This document shows, piece after piece, positions 17,813 to 26,930 of a stretch of 64,000 bases of DNA. A model generated the notes under the pieces. It was not told where the DNA came from, made no database searches, and was given only the letters and a program-made list of their open reading frames with translations. The number at the start of each line of letters is the position of its first letter. Within the stretch, counting starts at the first letter, position 1. The stretch is from IMG/VR virus record IMGVR_UViG_3300017989_000002; one strand, written 5' to 3'. The position numbers and the translations under genes are program-made. The stretch is from a virus.

Positions 17813-18894
17813 CCCCCGACACCCCATCCCATGACGATGCGACCGAGGATGGTGGAGAGGCGGGGAGGCGCGGACTTGTAGGTCGCCACCGGGTCGCGAG
17901 AGAACTTGTCCGCGAAGTCGCTGCCGAACATGTCCCGGATCCGGACCATGACGCTGCTGTTGGCCGCCGCGTCGATGAACTCCTGCTCGGGAACTCCTGC
18001 TCGGTACTCCTTCTGCGTGGCCAGATCGATGCGCTCGACCTTGGCGACCTTCGTCATGCAGGAGTCGTAGGCATCGAACAGCTCGCGTCCCCAGGACTCG
18101 GAGAGCCCGGTGCGCCGGTCGAAGTGGGCCAGGCCCTGTGCGAGCTCGAGCGGGGCGACGTCGCCGGCGACGGAGGCGATCTTCTCGAGGGCCTGCACGT
18201 GCTCGACCGGCGCCTCACGCTCCTCGAGGATGTGCCTGCGGGTCAGGAAGTGGGACTGCCAGGACGGGTTGAGGTCCCGTCCCGCGCTCTTCTCCAGCGA
18301 CTCGGGCACTCGCATGCCGGCGTCTTCCGCCGCCTGGGCGACGTTGAACGCGAACTCGTGCCGGTCCTCGGGGTCCATGCGGACGGCGTTGTCGTCGAAG
18401 TAGTGGACGGCCGCCTTGATCTCCTGGGCCGACGAGAGGGGGAAGCGCTCGCCGAGGGCGTAGCTCTCCTCCCCCGGGGCCTCCGCGACCTTGGTCACCT
18501 CCTGGCCACCCTCCAGCATCACGTAGGGGGTTCCGTGATTCTCCGTGTCGCGGAGATCGTCCAGGAGTGCAGGGACGCCGAGGCCGTACCGCCGGCAGGA
18601 GTACGCCAGCCGAGCGGCAGCCACCTTCTCCGCCTCGGGGGGAAGGTCTCCGTGCGTCTCCCCGAAGTACATCACCGACAGCGCGGTGTGGCCGGGACTG
18701 GACATGAGGAAGCGCGGCTCCCTCTCGCGTCCGTCCGTGAGGACGACAGCGAAGTCGGCGTCCTGGTGACCCTCCCGCTCCGTGGCCTCGGCCGTCTTCA
18801 CGACGTCCGGAAGGGTGGAGGGGTCGGGGAAGTGCTCCTTGAGGAGGGCACCGCCGTCGTCGAACACATCGAGGGTCGCAGGCTGCAGGGTCAT
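17809..18894 (-). CDS. KxA-rich protein with two DUF6582-like repeats
   Basis: Start MTLQPATLD. Repeats RFLMSSPGHTALSVMYF...AARLAYSC and RFPLSSAQEIKAAVHYF...AFNVAQAA; about 8 KxA motifs. Confidence 0.65.
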   Translation of the reverse strand: MTLQPATLDVFDDGGALLKEHFPDPSTLPDVVKTAEATEREGHQDADFAVVLTDGREREPRFLMSSPGHTALSVMYFGETHGDLPPEAEKVAAARLAYSCRRYGLGVPALLDDLRDTENHGTPYVMLEGGQEVTKVAEAPGEESYALGERFPLSSAQEIKAAVHYFDDNAVRMDPEDRHEFAFNVAQAAEDAGMRVPESLEKSAGRDLNPSWQSHFLTRRHILEEREAPVEHVQALEKIASVAGDVAPLELAQGLAHFDRRTGLSESWGRELFDAYDSCMTKVAKVERIDLATQKEYRAGVPEQEFIDAAANSSVMVRIRDMFGSDFADKFSRDPVATYKSAPPRLSTILGRIVMGWGVGG

Positions 18895-18906
18895 CGGAGC
18901 TCCGAC

Positions 18907-18935
18907 GAAGGAGGTGGGCACAATCGTCGCATAAG
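18907..18935 (+). promoter_or_regulatory. Candidate sigma28-like promoter of the replication operon (GAAG-N16-TCGCATAA)
   Basis: CGTCGCATAAG at 18925-18935 is identical to 56613-56623 and lies in the divergent intergenic region. Confidence 0.6.
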
Positions 18936-18977
18936 TAACACGTAGGCAGGCATTTCCGCGCTTGCCAGGAGGTGTGC

Positions 18978-19352
18978 ATGGGGAAGAACTTGTGGGAGGA
19001 GCTCGAAGCCAAGTCCGGCGGCGGGTCTCCTTCCTGGGGAACGAAGAAGGGGTCAAGCCCTTCGTACCGGGCGCCGACCGCCCCGTCGAGCAGCCGAGAA
19101 GCCGTCGTGGGCCGGAAGACCGACCCCGCGAAGACGGCGACCGGCGACCCGACGGACCGGCCGTACGCCTACGTCCAGAACCGACCAGACGGAACCATCG
19201 AGGAGTGGAGACCTCCGACGTTCTGGCAGATCGCGGCCGACATGGGCCTGCGAGCACTCGAGGCCGCGCTCGTCGGAGCGTTCTCCGAGCTGGCGCTGTA
19301 CTTCACTCGTCGCCGGTTCGTGCCCAAGCACCACTGGGACCGGCCGCAGTGA
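18978..19352 (+). CDS. Hypothetical protein
   Basis: ATG with AGGAGG RBS; first gene of the plus-strand operon. Confidence 0.7.
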   Translation: MGKNLWEELEAKSGGGSPSWGTKKGSSPSYRAPTAPSSSREAVVGRKTDPAKTATGDPTDRPYAYVQNRPDGTIEEWRPPTFWQIAADMGLRALEAALVGAFSELALYFTRRRFVPKHHWDRPQ

Positions 19353-19756
19353 AGGTCTACCTCCGCAAGCTCCGCAAGGGCCGACCGCAGTGGGCCTCCA
19401 TCTTGCGCCGACGACGCGGGAAGCTCGGACTGTCCTTCGACGAGGTTGGAGCCCTCGTGGGACGTACCGGGAGAGCCATCCGAGGCTACGAATCCGCCTA
19501 CCGGACACCGGATGTCCCCACCTACCTGCACCTCCTGGACGTCCTGGGTATCCGCGGTCAGTGGAGGGCCGAGGCCTTGGTGGCGTTCGCTCGCGCACGT
19601 CTTGGTGGACTCGACGTGCACGTCAACTCCCGCTCACCCGAGACCTACATCCGGGCGAGCATCCACGCTGCCGGTCTGACCGGCCAAGCCGCAGAGGACG
19701 CAGTCTCTTCGGTGCTGGAACAGCTACCTCTCTGCGATAGGCGAGATCGACGATGA
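19349..19756 (+). CDS. XRE-family helix-turn-helix regulator
   Basis: GTGA-coupled start; LRRRRGKLGLSFDEVGALVGRTGRAIRGYESAYRTP. Confidence 0.8.
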   Translation: MKVYLRKLRKGRPQWASILRRRRGKLGLSFDEVGALVGRTGRAIRGYESAYRTPDVPTYLHLLDVLGIRGQWRAEALVAFARARLGGLDVHVNSRSPETYIRASIHAAGLTGQAAEDAVSSVLEQLPLCDRRDRR

Positions 19757-21138
19757 ACCGAAGCAAGAAGGCGGGCGTGGCCTACCGCGGGGCGAGCCTC
19801 TGGCTCCCCAAGAGCCACGTGGGAGAGGAGGCCGTGAAGGGCTCCCTCTCGTTCCAGACGAAGAAGAGCTCCTCGCTGTTCGAGGCGTTCACCGAGACGC
19901 AGCATCACCTGGTGGTGCCGCGGCACTACATCCCGGTCGAGGACCTGGACGAGCTCGGCTGCGAGATCGTCTTCGACGACCCGCCCGAGTTCTTCCGCAT
20001 CCCCGGGTGGGTGAAGCCCACTCACGAGCTGCGGCGAGGCCTCGAGTTCGGGGAGGGGAAGACCAACCAGGTCGCCATGTGGAAGGCCCTCGTCGAGGGC
20101 GGCGACGGCGTCGGAGTCCTGAAGTGCGGCGGAGGCAAGACCGTCATCGGCATCCACGCGGCCCTCAGCGTGGGGTACGCGGCGATGTTCGTGGCCCACA
20201 ACGGCTCCCTGCTGGGGCAGTGGAAGGAGCGGCTCCTCGAGCACACGAACATCGATGAGGAGCACATCGGGATGATCGGCGACGGCACCCTGGACTGGGA
20301 GGGGAAGCCGTTCTGCATCGCGTCCATCCAGACGCTGTGGCAGGCCATCGAGGCCGGGCGCTTGCCCGAAGAGCTGCGGTGGCACTTCGGGACCGTGGTC
20401 TACGACGAGGTCCACCACATGGCGGCCGAGAAGTTCAACCTCGCGGCGGACCTGTGCCACGGCGTGCGGTGGGGCCTGACCGCGACTCCCGACCGCACCG
20501 ATGGTCTGGAGGGCCTCTACTCGGCCCACATCGGCCCCCAGCTCTACCGGGACCTCGAGCAGGACCTGACGCCTGGCGTGTTCTTCGTCCGTACGGGGCA
20601 GGAGCTCACGGGCGATCAGGAGGACGCCTCCAAGGACAAGCGCGGCGAGTTCAACATCGGGAAGTTCCACACGGCACTTCTCCGCGACCCGGCCCGAGAT
20701 CGCGTCATCGAGAAGTACGTGAACCTCGCGCTCAGCGACGACCACGAGGTCATGGTCCTCACCCCGAGCCGTGACCACCTGACAGATCTGTCGCACAAGT
20801 GGAAGGGAGACAACGTCTCGGTCATCCACGCCGGCGTGAAGCAGAAGGACCGGCCCGAGCTCGTCGACAACTGCAAGCTCCTGCTCGCCATCGAGGAGCT
20901 CGGCATCGAGGGTCTCGACAAGCCGATGCTCTCCGTCGTGGTCATCTCGGTGGCCATGAAGAACCGCAACGCCCTGCAGCAGATCATGGGCCGCATCCAG
21001 CGCGCCGTGGAAGGGAAGCCCGACCCGGTGGTCATCATCATCTTCGACGACAAGATCAAGCGCTGCCGCCGCTGGGCTGCCCGGATGCAGGCTTCCTTCA
21101 CCAGCTGGAACATCCCCTTCCGCATCATCGACGCATGA
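19753..21138 (+). CDS. Superfamily 2 DExH helicase (UvsW/XPB-like)
   Basis: CGGGKT, YDEVHH, GLTATPDRTDG, QIMGRIQR. Confidence 0.9.
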   Translation: MNRSKKAGVAYRGASLWLPKSHVGEEAVKGSLSFQTKKSSSLFEAFTETQHHLVVPRHYIPVEDLDELGCEIVFDDPPEFFRIPGWVKPTHELRRGLEFGEGKTNQVAMWKALVEGGDGVGVLKCGGGKTVIGIHAALSVGYAAMFVAHNGSLLGQWKERLLEHTNIDEEHIGMIGDGTLDWEGKPFCIASIQTLWQAIEAGRLPEELRWHFGTVVYDEVHHMAAEKFNLAADLCHGVRWGLTATPDRTDGLEGLYSAHIGPQLYRDLEQDLTPGVFFVRTGQELTGDQEDASKDKRGEFNIGKFHTALLRDPARDRVIEKYVNLALSDDHEVMVLTPSRDHLTDLSHKWKGDNVSVIHAGVKQKDRPELVDNCKLLLAIEELGIEGLDKPMLSVVVISVAMKNRNALQQIMGRIQRAVEGKPDPVVIIIFDDKIKRCRRWAARMQASFTSWNIPFRIIDA

Positions 21139-21148
21139 GGAGGACCCC

Positions 21149-21874
21149 ATGAGGTCACCAGAAGACAAGAACCTGCTCCTCGGGAGGCTGCACGACGCCT
21201 ACCGAGACTGCGAGCGCTGCCCGCTGGCCCGGCCTACCGGGCGGCGGCGCATGAACGTCGTGCTGGGGGAAGGCAACCCCGGCGCGCGCGTCATGATCGT
21301 GGGCGAGAGCCCCGGCTACTACTCGGACACCACCGGGCGTCCGATGATCGACGAGGACGGTACGGCCATCATCAACCCGCTCCTGGAGGGCATCAACAGC
21401 AGCCGCGACGAGGTCTTCATCACCACGCTCGTCTCGTGCCGCCCCACTGCCGAGGACAGGCCCAACCTCGACCGCGCACCCACGAAGGAGGAGATCCGAC
21501 TCTGCCAGGCGCGGCTCCACTCCCTCATCGACATCGTGGACCCCTACGTCATCATCACGATGGGCCAGGCCGCGATGAAGACGCTCACCGGCTGCAAGCG
21601 GACGCTGCTGCAGGTCGCTCGCGACAAGACGCTGCCGATGCTCTGGGCTGAGACGCCCGGCCACTTCGTACCGGTGAAGCGGACCGCCTACGCCACCTTC
21701 CACCCCGGGTACCTGCTGAAGCAGTTCCGGGACATGGGCGAGGACCGCTTCTACGCGCCCGGCTCCGACATGCACCACACCTTCCTCACCTTCCACCGCG
21801 CGTTCTCGGTCGCCGACCAGCACGCGTTCATGAACTACGGCACCCCACACCCCGACCGCGGAGGCACTTCGTGA
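21149..21874 (+). CDS. Family-4 uracil-DNA-glycosylase-like Fe-S protein (altered pocket)
   Basis: CERCPL, GEGNP, IVGESPG, SCRP, RLC, FHPGYLL. Confidence 0.85.
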   Translation: MRSPEDKNLLLGRLHDAYRDCERCPLARPTGRRRMNVVLGEGNPGARVMIVGESPGYYSDTTGRPMIDEDGTAIINPLLEGINSSRDEVFITTLVSCRPTAEDRPNLDRAPTKEEIRLCQARLHSLIDIVDPYVIITMGQAAMKTLTGCKRTLLQVARDKTLPMLWAETPGHFVPVKRTAYATFHPGYLLKQFRDMGEDRFYAPGSDMHHTFLTFHRAFSVADQHAFMNYGTPHPDRGGTS

Positions 21875-22533
21875 CCTACAAGATCAAGCTCGACCTCACC
21901 CGTGACAACTACACCGCCGACGAGATCGAGGCGGCCCTCCTCGAGCGCCTCAAGGCGAAGAAGCTCAAGAGCGAGGAGCGCGACCTCCTCGTCGAGTACG
22001 CCTTCGACGTGCAGGACTCCGACGACGACGAGCTCGCCGCCGTGAAGCGCAAGCTGCAGGACGCAGTCAAGGCCGTGACCGACAACACCGCGAAGGCCGA
22101 GGCGGCCGAGAAGCGGCTGCGCGAGATCAACCAGCAGGCGTTCGAGTACATCGACGGCGTCGACACCGACCTCGCGGACATCGACGACGAGATCAAGCAG
22201 TTCCTGCTCCGGCAGACGTTCTCGGAGCGCAAGGGCGCCTACGAGTTCAAGTCGCACGGCTTCCGCGTCGCGCGGTCCCGCACCAACAAGGTCGCGGTCA
22301 CCTACGCCGGCGAGGAGGTGCTGGAAGCCCGGCCCGACCTCAAGGACGTCGAGGTGGACGGCGATCGGCTGTTCCGCCTGGTCATCAACGAGGGCCTCGC
22401 CGACCGCCTGCTCGAGGACGACGAGACGCCCGAGGACGTGCGCGAGCTGTTGAAGGCCCACCGCAAGGAGACCTTCAAGCGCAACCCCAGCATCAAGTTC
22501 GCCGTCGCGGACGGGGACGGTTCCGATGTCTGA
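21871..22533 (+). CDS. Hypothetical coiled-coil protein (Gam/Gp157-like architecture, unconfirmed)
   Basis: Long coiled coil followed by a short beta region; strong codon bias. Confidence 0.65.
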   Translation: MTYKIKLDLTRDNYTADEIEAALLERLKAKKLKSEERDLLVEYAFDVQDSDDDELAAVKRKLQDAVKAVTDNTAKAEAAEKRLREINQQAFEYIDGVDTDLADIDDEIKQFLLRQTFSERKGAYEFKSHGFRVARSRTNKVAVTYAGEEVLEARPDLKDVEVDGDRLFRLVINEGLADRLLEDDETPEDVRELLKAHRKETFKRNPSIKFAVADGDGSDV

Positions 22534-22867
22534 GGAGACCGTCATCGCCGAGGCCGACCGGCGCGGGGGCCAGCAGCGCGACATGAAGACCCGTGCCCTG
22601 ATGCCCGACCCCGAGGGCGCGAAGCCCGGAGCCGCGCGCGTCACCATCTCCCGCAAGATCGGCTGGTCGTCCGGCTTCGGGCGCGAGAAGGCGGATGTGG
22701 TGGTGGCGGTGGAGGTTCCGTGTGGTACCTCCACCGAGGCCATCCACCGGGCCATGGACCGTGCCAGCGCGTTGGTCGATGAGCGGCTCCCCCAGGAGCT
22801 CGACGACATGATCAACAAGTACTTCGAGGGCGGCCCCATCACCTTCGGGAACGGAGGTGGTGGATGA
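22526..22867 (+). CDS. Hypothetical protein
   Basis: Overlapping coupled ORF. Confidence 0.65.
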   Translation: MSEETVIAEADRRGGQQRDMKTRALMPDPEGAKPGAARVTISRKIGWSSGFGREKADVVVAVEVPCGTSTEAIHRAMDRASALVDERLPQELDDMINKYFEGGPITFGNGGGG

Positions 22868-23160
22868 AGGACGTACCCGCGGGCGGCATCGTCCGGTGCG
22901 TCTGCGTCAAGGTGGAGGGGTCGACGACCGGGTTGGCCGCGACCCTCCACCTGTACGCGAGCAACGGCGCCCACGTGGGGGAGACCAGGCTGGCTGGCTT
23001 CTCCGAAGAGACCGTGTCCCTGCTGACCCAGCTTCGGGAGAGCATCGAGGGCGACTTTGTCGAGTTCCTGGGGGGCTCGGCACAGCCGTCCGAAGCCTCT
23101 CCCTTCGACATCCAACTGCCCCCAGAGAACGGACCCCGCTCGTTCGGGCCGAACTCCTAG
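22864..23160 (+). CDS. Hypothetical protein
   Basis: ATGA-coupled, GGAGG RBS. Confidence 0.55.
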   Translation: MKDVPAGGIVRCVCVKVEGSTTGLAATLHLYASNGAHVGETRLAGFSEETVSLLTQLRESIEGDFVEFLGGSAQPSEASPFDIQLPPENGPRSFGPNS

Positions 23161-23176
23161 ACGCTCCGAGGCCCTC

Positions 23177-24529
23177 ATGAACTACGACATGGCGTTGATC
23201 TCCCACGTCATCGAGAACCGCAACCTGCAAGACGTCATCCAGCTTGGCCTCACCTCCGACATGCTGAACGAAGAGGCCAAGGCGTACTGGGACTTCCTCC
23301 ACGCGCACTACGCCAAGTTCCATGAGGTGCCGAGCGTCCGGTACTTCCAGGACCACTTCCCGGGGTACGAGCACGACGTGACGTCGGACGGGCTGCCCGC
23401 CATCGTCCACAACATCAAGAGCCTGCTGCTGGCTCACGAGCTGGACGACACGGCACGGAAGGTGGCCGAGCTCGCGATGCAAGACCCCTGGGCGGCCAAA
23501 CAGCTGCTCATGTCGAACGTGTCCGACATCGCGGCACGGCACCAGCAGGAGGACACCGACCTGCTCGCGGGCGACAACATCGACGAGGTGATGACCCTCA
23601 TCCAGAAGGTCAAGGAGACGGGCGGCCTGCTGGGGTACCCCTGGCCGTGGGACCTGTTCAACAGGCACACGCCAGGCCTCTGCGGCGGACACTTCGTCTA
23701 CATCTACGGCCCCGAGAAGAGCAAGAAGTCCTGGCTGCTCACCTTCCTCATCGACTTCTTCGAGGACCTGGGGCTCCGGCTCTCGGTGCACAACCGAGAG
23801 ATGAGCAACCAGGAGTTCAGCCTCCGCCTCTACTGCATGCGCGCCCAGCTCGACTACGGGCGCTGCATCACCGAAGGCAAGATCACGCCGCAGGAGGAGC
23901 ACCGCCTCCGCCTCGTGATCCAGGGCTTCAAGTCGCGCGGCCGCATCCTCTTCACGAACGTCGAGGAGGGCATCACCGGCGTCCAAGCGAAGATGGAGCA
24001 GCACCGTCCGCACATCATCATCCACGACTACATGAAGGCGCTCGCCGACGACGCGATGGCGGGCGCGAAGTCCAACGCTGGGAAGGACCACGCCTTCGTG
24101 GCCAAGGCCGCCGACCACCTGGCGTCCTACTCCAAGCAGAAGGACATCCCCATCATCGCGGTCGGCCACACCAACGCCGATGAGGCGAAGCTGCAAGGCC
24201 GGAGCACGCAGGACGCTGCGCACTCCAAGCACATCGCCCGCCGCCTCGACTACATGTTCCGCGTGGTCAACGACGAGTACCACAACCGCATCGCCCTCAT
24301 CTTGGTTGCAGGCCGTCATGCCAGGAAGTTCCTGGGCCTGACGATGAGCGGCTCCATCTGCAACGGCTTCGGCCACATGATCGAGGAGAACGCGACCTGG
24401 GTGAAGGACTTCGACGTCCTCACGCAAGGCGAAGACGAAGCGAAGAAGGGCAAGCCCAAGGTCGAAGGGTCCGGGGTGAAGGCCAAGATCTCGGCGGCAT
24501 CGTTCGCCACAAGTGCGAGGCGCTCATGA
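23177..24529 (+). CDS. DnaB-like (SF4) replicative helicase, divergent
   Basis: Start MNYDMAL. GYPWPW, YIYGPEKSKKS (Walker A variant), NREMS, IIHDYM; directly upstream of the primase. Confidence 0.8.
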   Translation: MNYDMALISHVIENRNLQDVIQLGLTSDMLNEEAKAYWDFLHAHYAKFHEVPSVRYFQDHFPGYEHDVTSDGLPAIVHNIKSLLLAHELDDTARKVAELAMQDPWAAKQLLMSNVSDIAARHQQEDTDLLAGDNIDEVMTLIQKVKETGGLLGYPWPWDLFNRHTPGLCGGHFVYIYGPEKSKKSWLLTFLIDFFEDLGLRLSVHNREMSNQEFSLRLYCMRAQLDYGRCITEGKITPQEEHRLRLVIQGFKSRGRILFTNVEEGITGVQAKMEQHRPHIIIHDYMKALADDAMAGAKSNAGKDHAFVAKAADHLASYSKQKDIPIIAVGHTNADEAKLQGRSTQDAAHSKHIARRLDYMFRVVNDEYHNRIALILVAGRHARKFLGLTMSGSICNGFGHMIEENATWVKDFDVLTQGEDEAKKGKPKVEGSGVKAKISAASFATSARRS

Positions 24530-25644
24530 GTGAACCGCTCGAACTGTACCGTCCGTACGTCGAGAACATCCAGGAGAGCGGCGACACCCACTACCGAGGC
24601 ACCTGCCCTTGCCCACGCAAGAGCAAGCGCTCCTTCCACTTCCACAAGGACACGGGGTACTACGGCTGCTGGTCGTGCGATGACCACGGCTCGCTGTACA
24701 AGTTCCTCACGTCCAAGGGCATGGACGTCGGCCGAGCGAAGAGCATCTCGCAGGAGGTCCGCGACAGCGCGCCCTCCGAGGTGATCCAGCTCAAGCGCAA
24801 GCAGGCCGCGGCAGTGGCCCGGAACGACATCCTCCCCGACTACGTGCTGGCCGAGTTCCACAACTGCCCGGTGGCGCTGCTCGAAGCAGGGTTCCCTGAG
24901 CAGCTGCTCGAGCGGTACGACGTCGGGTTCGACGTGGCGCGGCAGCGCATCACGTTCGGGATCCGGGACAAGGAGGGGAACCTGGTGGGGGTCAGTGGAC
25001 GTGCCGCCCTCGCCGACCAGGTGCCCAAGTACAAGGTGTACGACGCCAGGCCAGCGGAGCCTCACAGGAACAGGCCGGAGGGGGCGCTGAGGCAGTACAA
25101 GGAGGACTACGTCCCCCGCAACAAGGCGCACCTGTACGGGGCTCATACGTTCTGGGGACTTCGGTCGCATAAGAGGCTGGACGGAGAGGTTCCGATTCCT
25201 GTCGTCATCACGGAGGGGTACAAGTCGACCCTCTGGATGCGGCACCTGGACTTCCAGTACTCGGTCGGCCTTCAAGGCTCGCTCATGACGCGCGAGCAGA
25301 TGGCCGTCCTCCTGGAGCTCGGGGGTCCCTTCGTTGTCCTGCTCGACTACGAGCCGGGGAAGCAGTTCCCCGACCCCGACCAGATGAAGAAGAGGGCGAA
25401 GCTGCTCCTGAACAAGCAGTTCCGGGAAGCGGACAGAACCCGTCCATGTGACGCAGTACAGATTGCTCTGTGGCTGCAGCGCAAGGGAGCGTCCGCCCTC
25501 ATCGGCAAGTACCCGCCCGACAGTCCCGTCGGCACCGCACCAGACGACCTGGCCAAGGACCAGCTCACCTACGCAATCGAGAACGCAGCAACACCCACCA
25601 GCGTCGTCCTTGACGGCGCACGACACGCGAGAACAGGAGGCTGA
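24526..25644 (+). CDS. DnaG-like primase (Zn finger plus TOPRIM)
   Basis: GTCPC...SFHF...GCWSCDDHG, RITFGIRDKEGNLVGVSGR, HLYG, VITEGYK, LLDYE, PDDL. Confidence 0.85.
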   Translation: MSEPLELYRPYVENIQESGDTHYRGTCPCPRKSKRSFHFHKDTGYYGCWSCDDHGSLYKFLTSKGMDVGRAKSISQEVRDSAPSEVIQLKRKQAAAVARNDILPDYVLAEFHNCPVALLEAGFPEQLLERYDVGFDVARQRITFGIRDKEGNLVGVSGRAALADQVPKYKVYDARPAEPHRNRPEGALRQYKEDYVPRNKAHLYGAHTFWGLRSHKRLDGEVPIPVVITEGYKSTLWMRHLDFQYSVGLQGSLMTREQMAVLLELGGPFVVLLDYEPGKQFPDPDQMKKRAKLLLNKQFREADRTRPCDAVQIALWLQRKGASALIGKYPPDSPVGTAPDDLAKDQLTYAIENAATPTSVVLDGARHARTGG

Positions 25645-25645
25645 G

Positions 25646-26869
25646 ATGGCCGGATGGAGTGACTACCGGCAGCGCACCGCTGCCAACATGCGAAGCAAGA
25701 GCAAGCGGAGGTACCCGCCCTGGCAGGCCGGCGTCCTCATGGTGAACGCCGGCGAGGAGTTCCAGGTCGCCCTGGTCGACATGCCGCCGCACCCGCGGCC
25801 GCACCACTGGACCCGCTTCCCGCACGAGTGCACGGCGTCCAACCCCCTCTTCGAGGGCAAGTGCGTCTTCTGCTTCGACGCGGCCGAGAAGGACGCGGAC
25901 AACGAGAAGCTGGAGGCGAAGGGACTCGACCCCGAGCAGTACAAGCACTGGCTGCGCGACGGCCTCGTGCTGCCGGTCGTCGACTACCGGATGCACCACT
26001 TCGTGCCGGACCCGAAGAAGGACGGCAAGTTCATGGTCGCGGCGTGCGCGTACCCGGACAAGGACATCCCCAAGGGCGCCCCGACCGGCATGTGCTCGCA
26101 CTGCAACCACAAGGACCCCTACGTCGCCGAGCGTCGGTTCCTGGGGATGCGGCGCTGGGAGGTCGGGACGACCAGCGAGCTGTGGAACATCATCATCGCC
26201 GCCGACCGCCGGGCGAACCAGGTCTGCATGCACGAGTACAAGGACGGGTCCATCTGCCGCGGGAAGAACTTCCTCACGCAGATCATCTGCCCCGAGTGCG
26301 GCACGGAGTTCATGAACTCCGAGCAGATCCACGCGGACGCGCAGGGCGCTGCGGAGCTCGCCGAGAAGGTCGTGTCCTGCACGAGCTGTGACTGGAAGGG
26401 CAAGCCGTACAGCGCGTACACCTGCATGAACGCGGTGAAGCGCGGCACCGACGACTGTGCCGAGCACATGGCCAGGCCGGGCACGCTGGCCGACGGCGTG
26501 GTGAACATCACCTGCCGCGGCGAGACGCGTCAGGGCGGACAGGTGGTGCGGAAGTACACGGTGGACGCGGTGCTGACCGAGGACAAGGTCGGGCGCCTGG
26601 TGGAGGGCTTCGGGTACGACCCCGATGCCGCCAAGGCCTTGCTGTCCGGCAAGGACATCGACCTCGACCGTCAGTACCTGCCCGAGCGCAAGAACCCCGA
26701 CGACGACGCGTTCAACAAGAACGGCGCGTTCAACAAGGAGGAGTACGTCAAGGCGGTCCTGCAGGCGCAGGCCGAGGACCTCGGCATCAACAACCCCTAC
26801 GTGGCGGGCGGCGGCTCCCACGTTCCCTTCGGCGGCAAGTCGCGCTCCTACGAGGGGGCGCGGGACTGA
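25646..26869 (+). CDS. Multi-zinc-finger protein, putative gp32-like ssDNA-binding protein
   Basis: AGGAGG RBS; HHW..HEC..CVFC, CSHC, CPECG, CTSC; follows the primase; strong codon bias. Confidence 0.6.
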   Translation: MAGWSDYRQRTAANMRSKSKRRYPPWQAGVLMVNAGEEFQVALVDMPPHPRPHHWTRFPHECTASNPLFEGKCVFCFDAAEKDADNEKLEAKGLDPEQYKHWLRDGLVLPVVDYRMHHFVPDPKKDGKFMVAACAYPDKDIPKGAPTGMCSHCNHKDPYVAERRFLGMRRWEVGTTSELWNIIIAADRRANQVCMHEYKDGSICRGKNFLTQIICPECGTEFMNSEQIHADAQGAAELAEKVVSCTSCDWKGKPYSAYTCMNAVKRGTDDCAEHMARPGTLADGVVNITCRGETRQGGQVVRKYTVDAVLTEDKVGRLVEGFGYDPDAAKALLSGKDIDLDRQYLPERKNPDDDAFNKNGAFNKEEYVKAVLQAQAEDLGINNPYVAGGGSHVPFGGKSRSYEGARD

Positions 26870-26887
26870 CCCGCCTCCCTTCATCTC

Positions 26888-26916
26888 GGCGGCCGGGGAC
26901 ACTCTCCCCGGCCGCC
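26888..26916 (+). terminator. Perfect 12-bp hairpin (attenuator or mRNA stabiliser) after the putative SSB
   Basis: GGCGGCCGGGGA-cactc-TCCCCGGCCGCC; no U-tract. Confidence 0.6.
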
Positions 26917-26930
26917 CCAGGAGCGACCTC

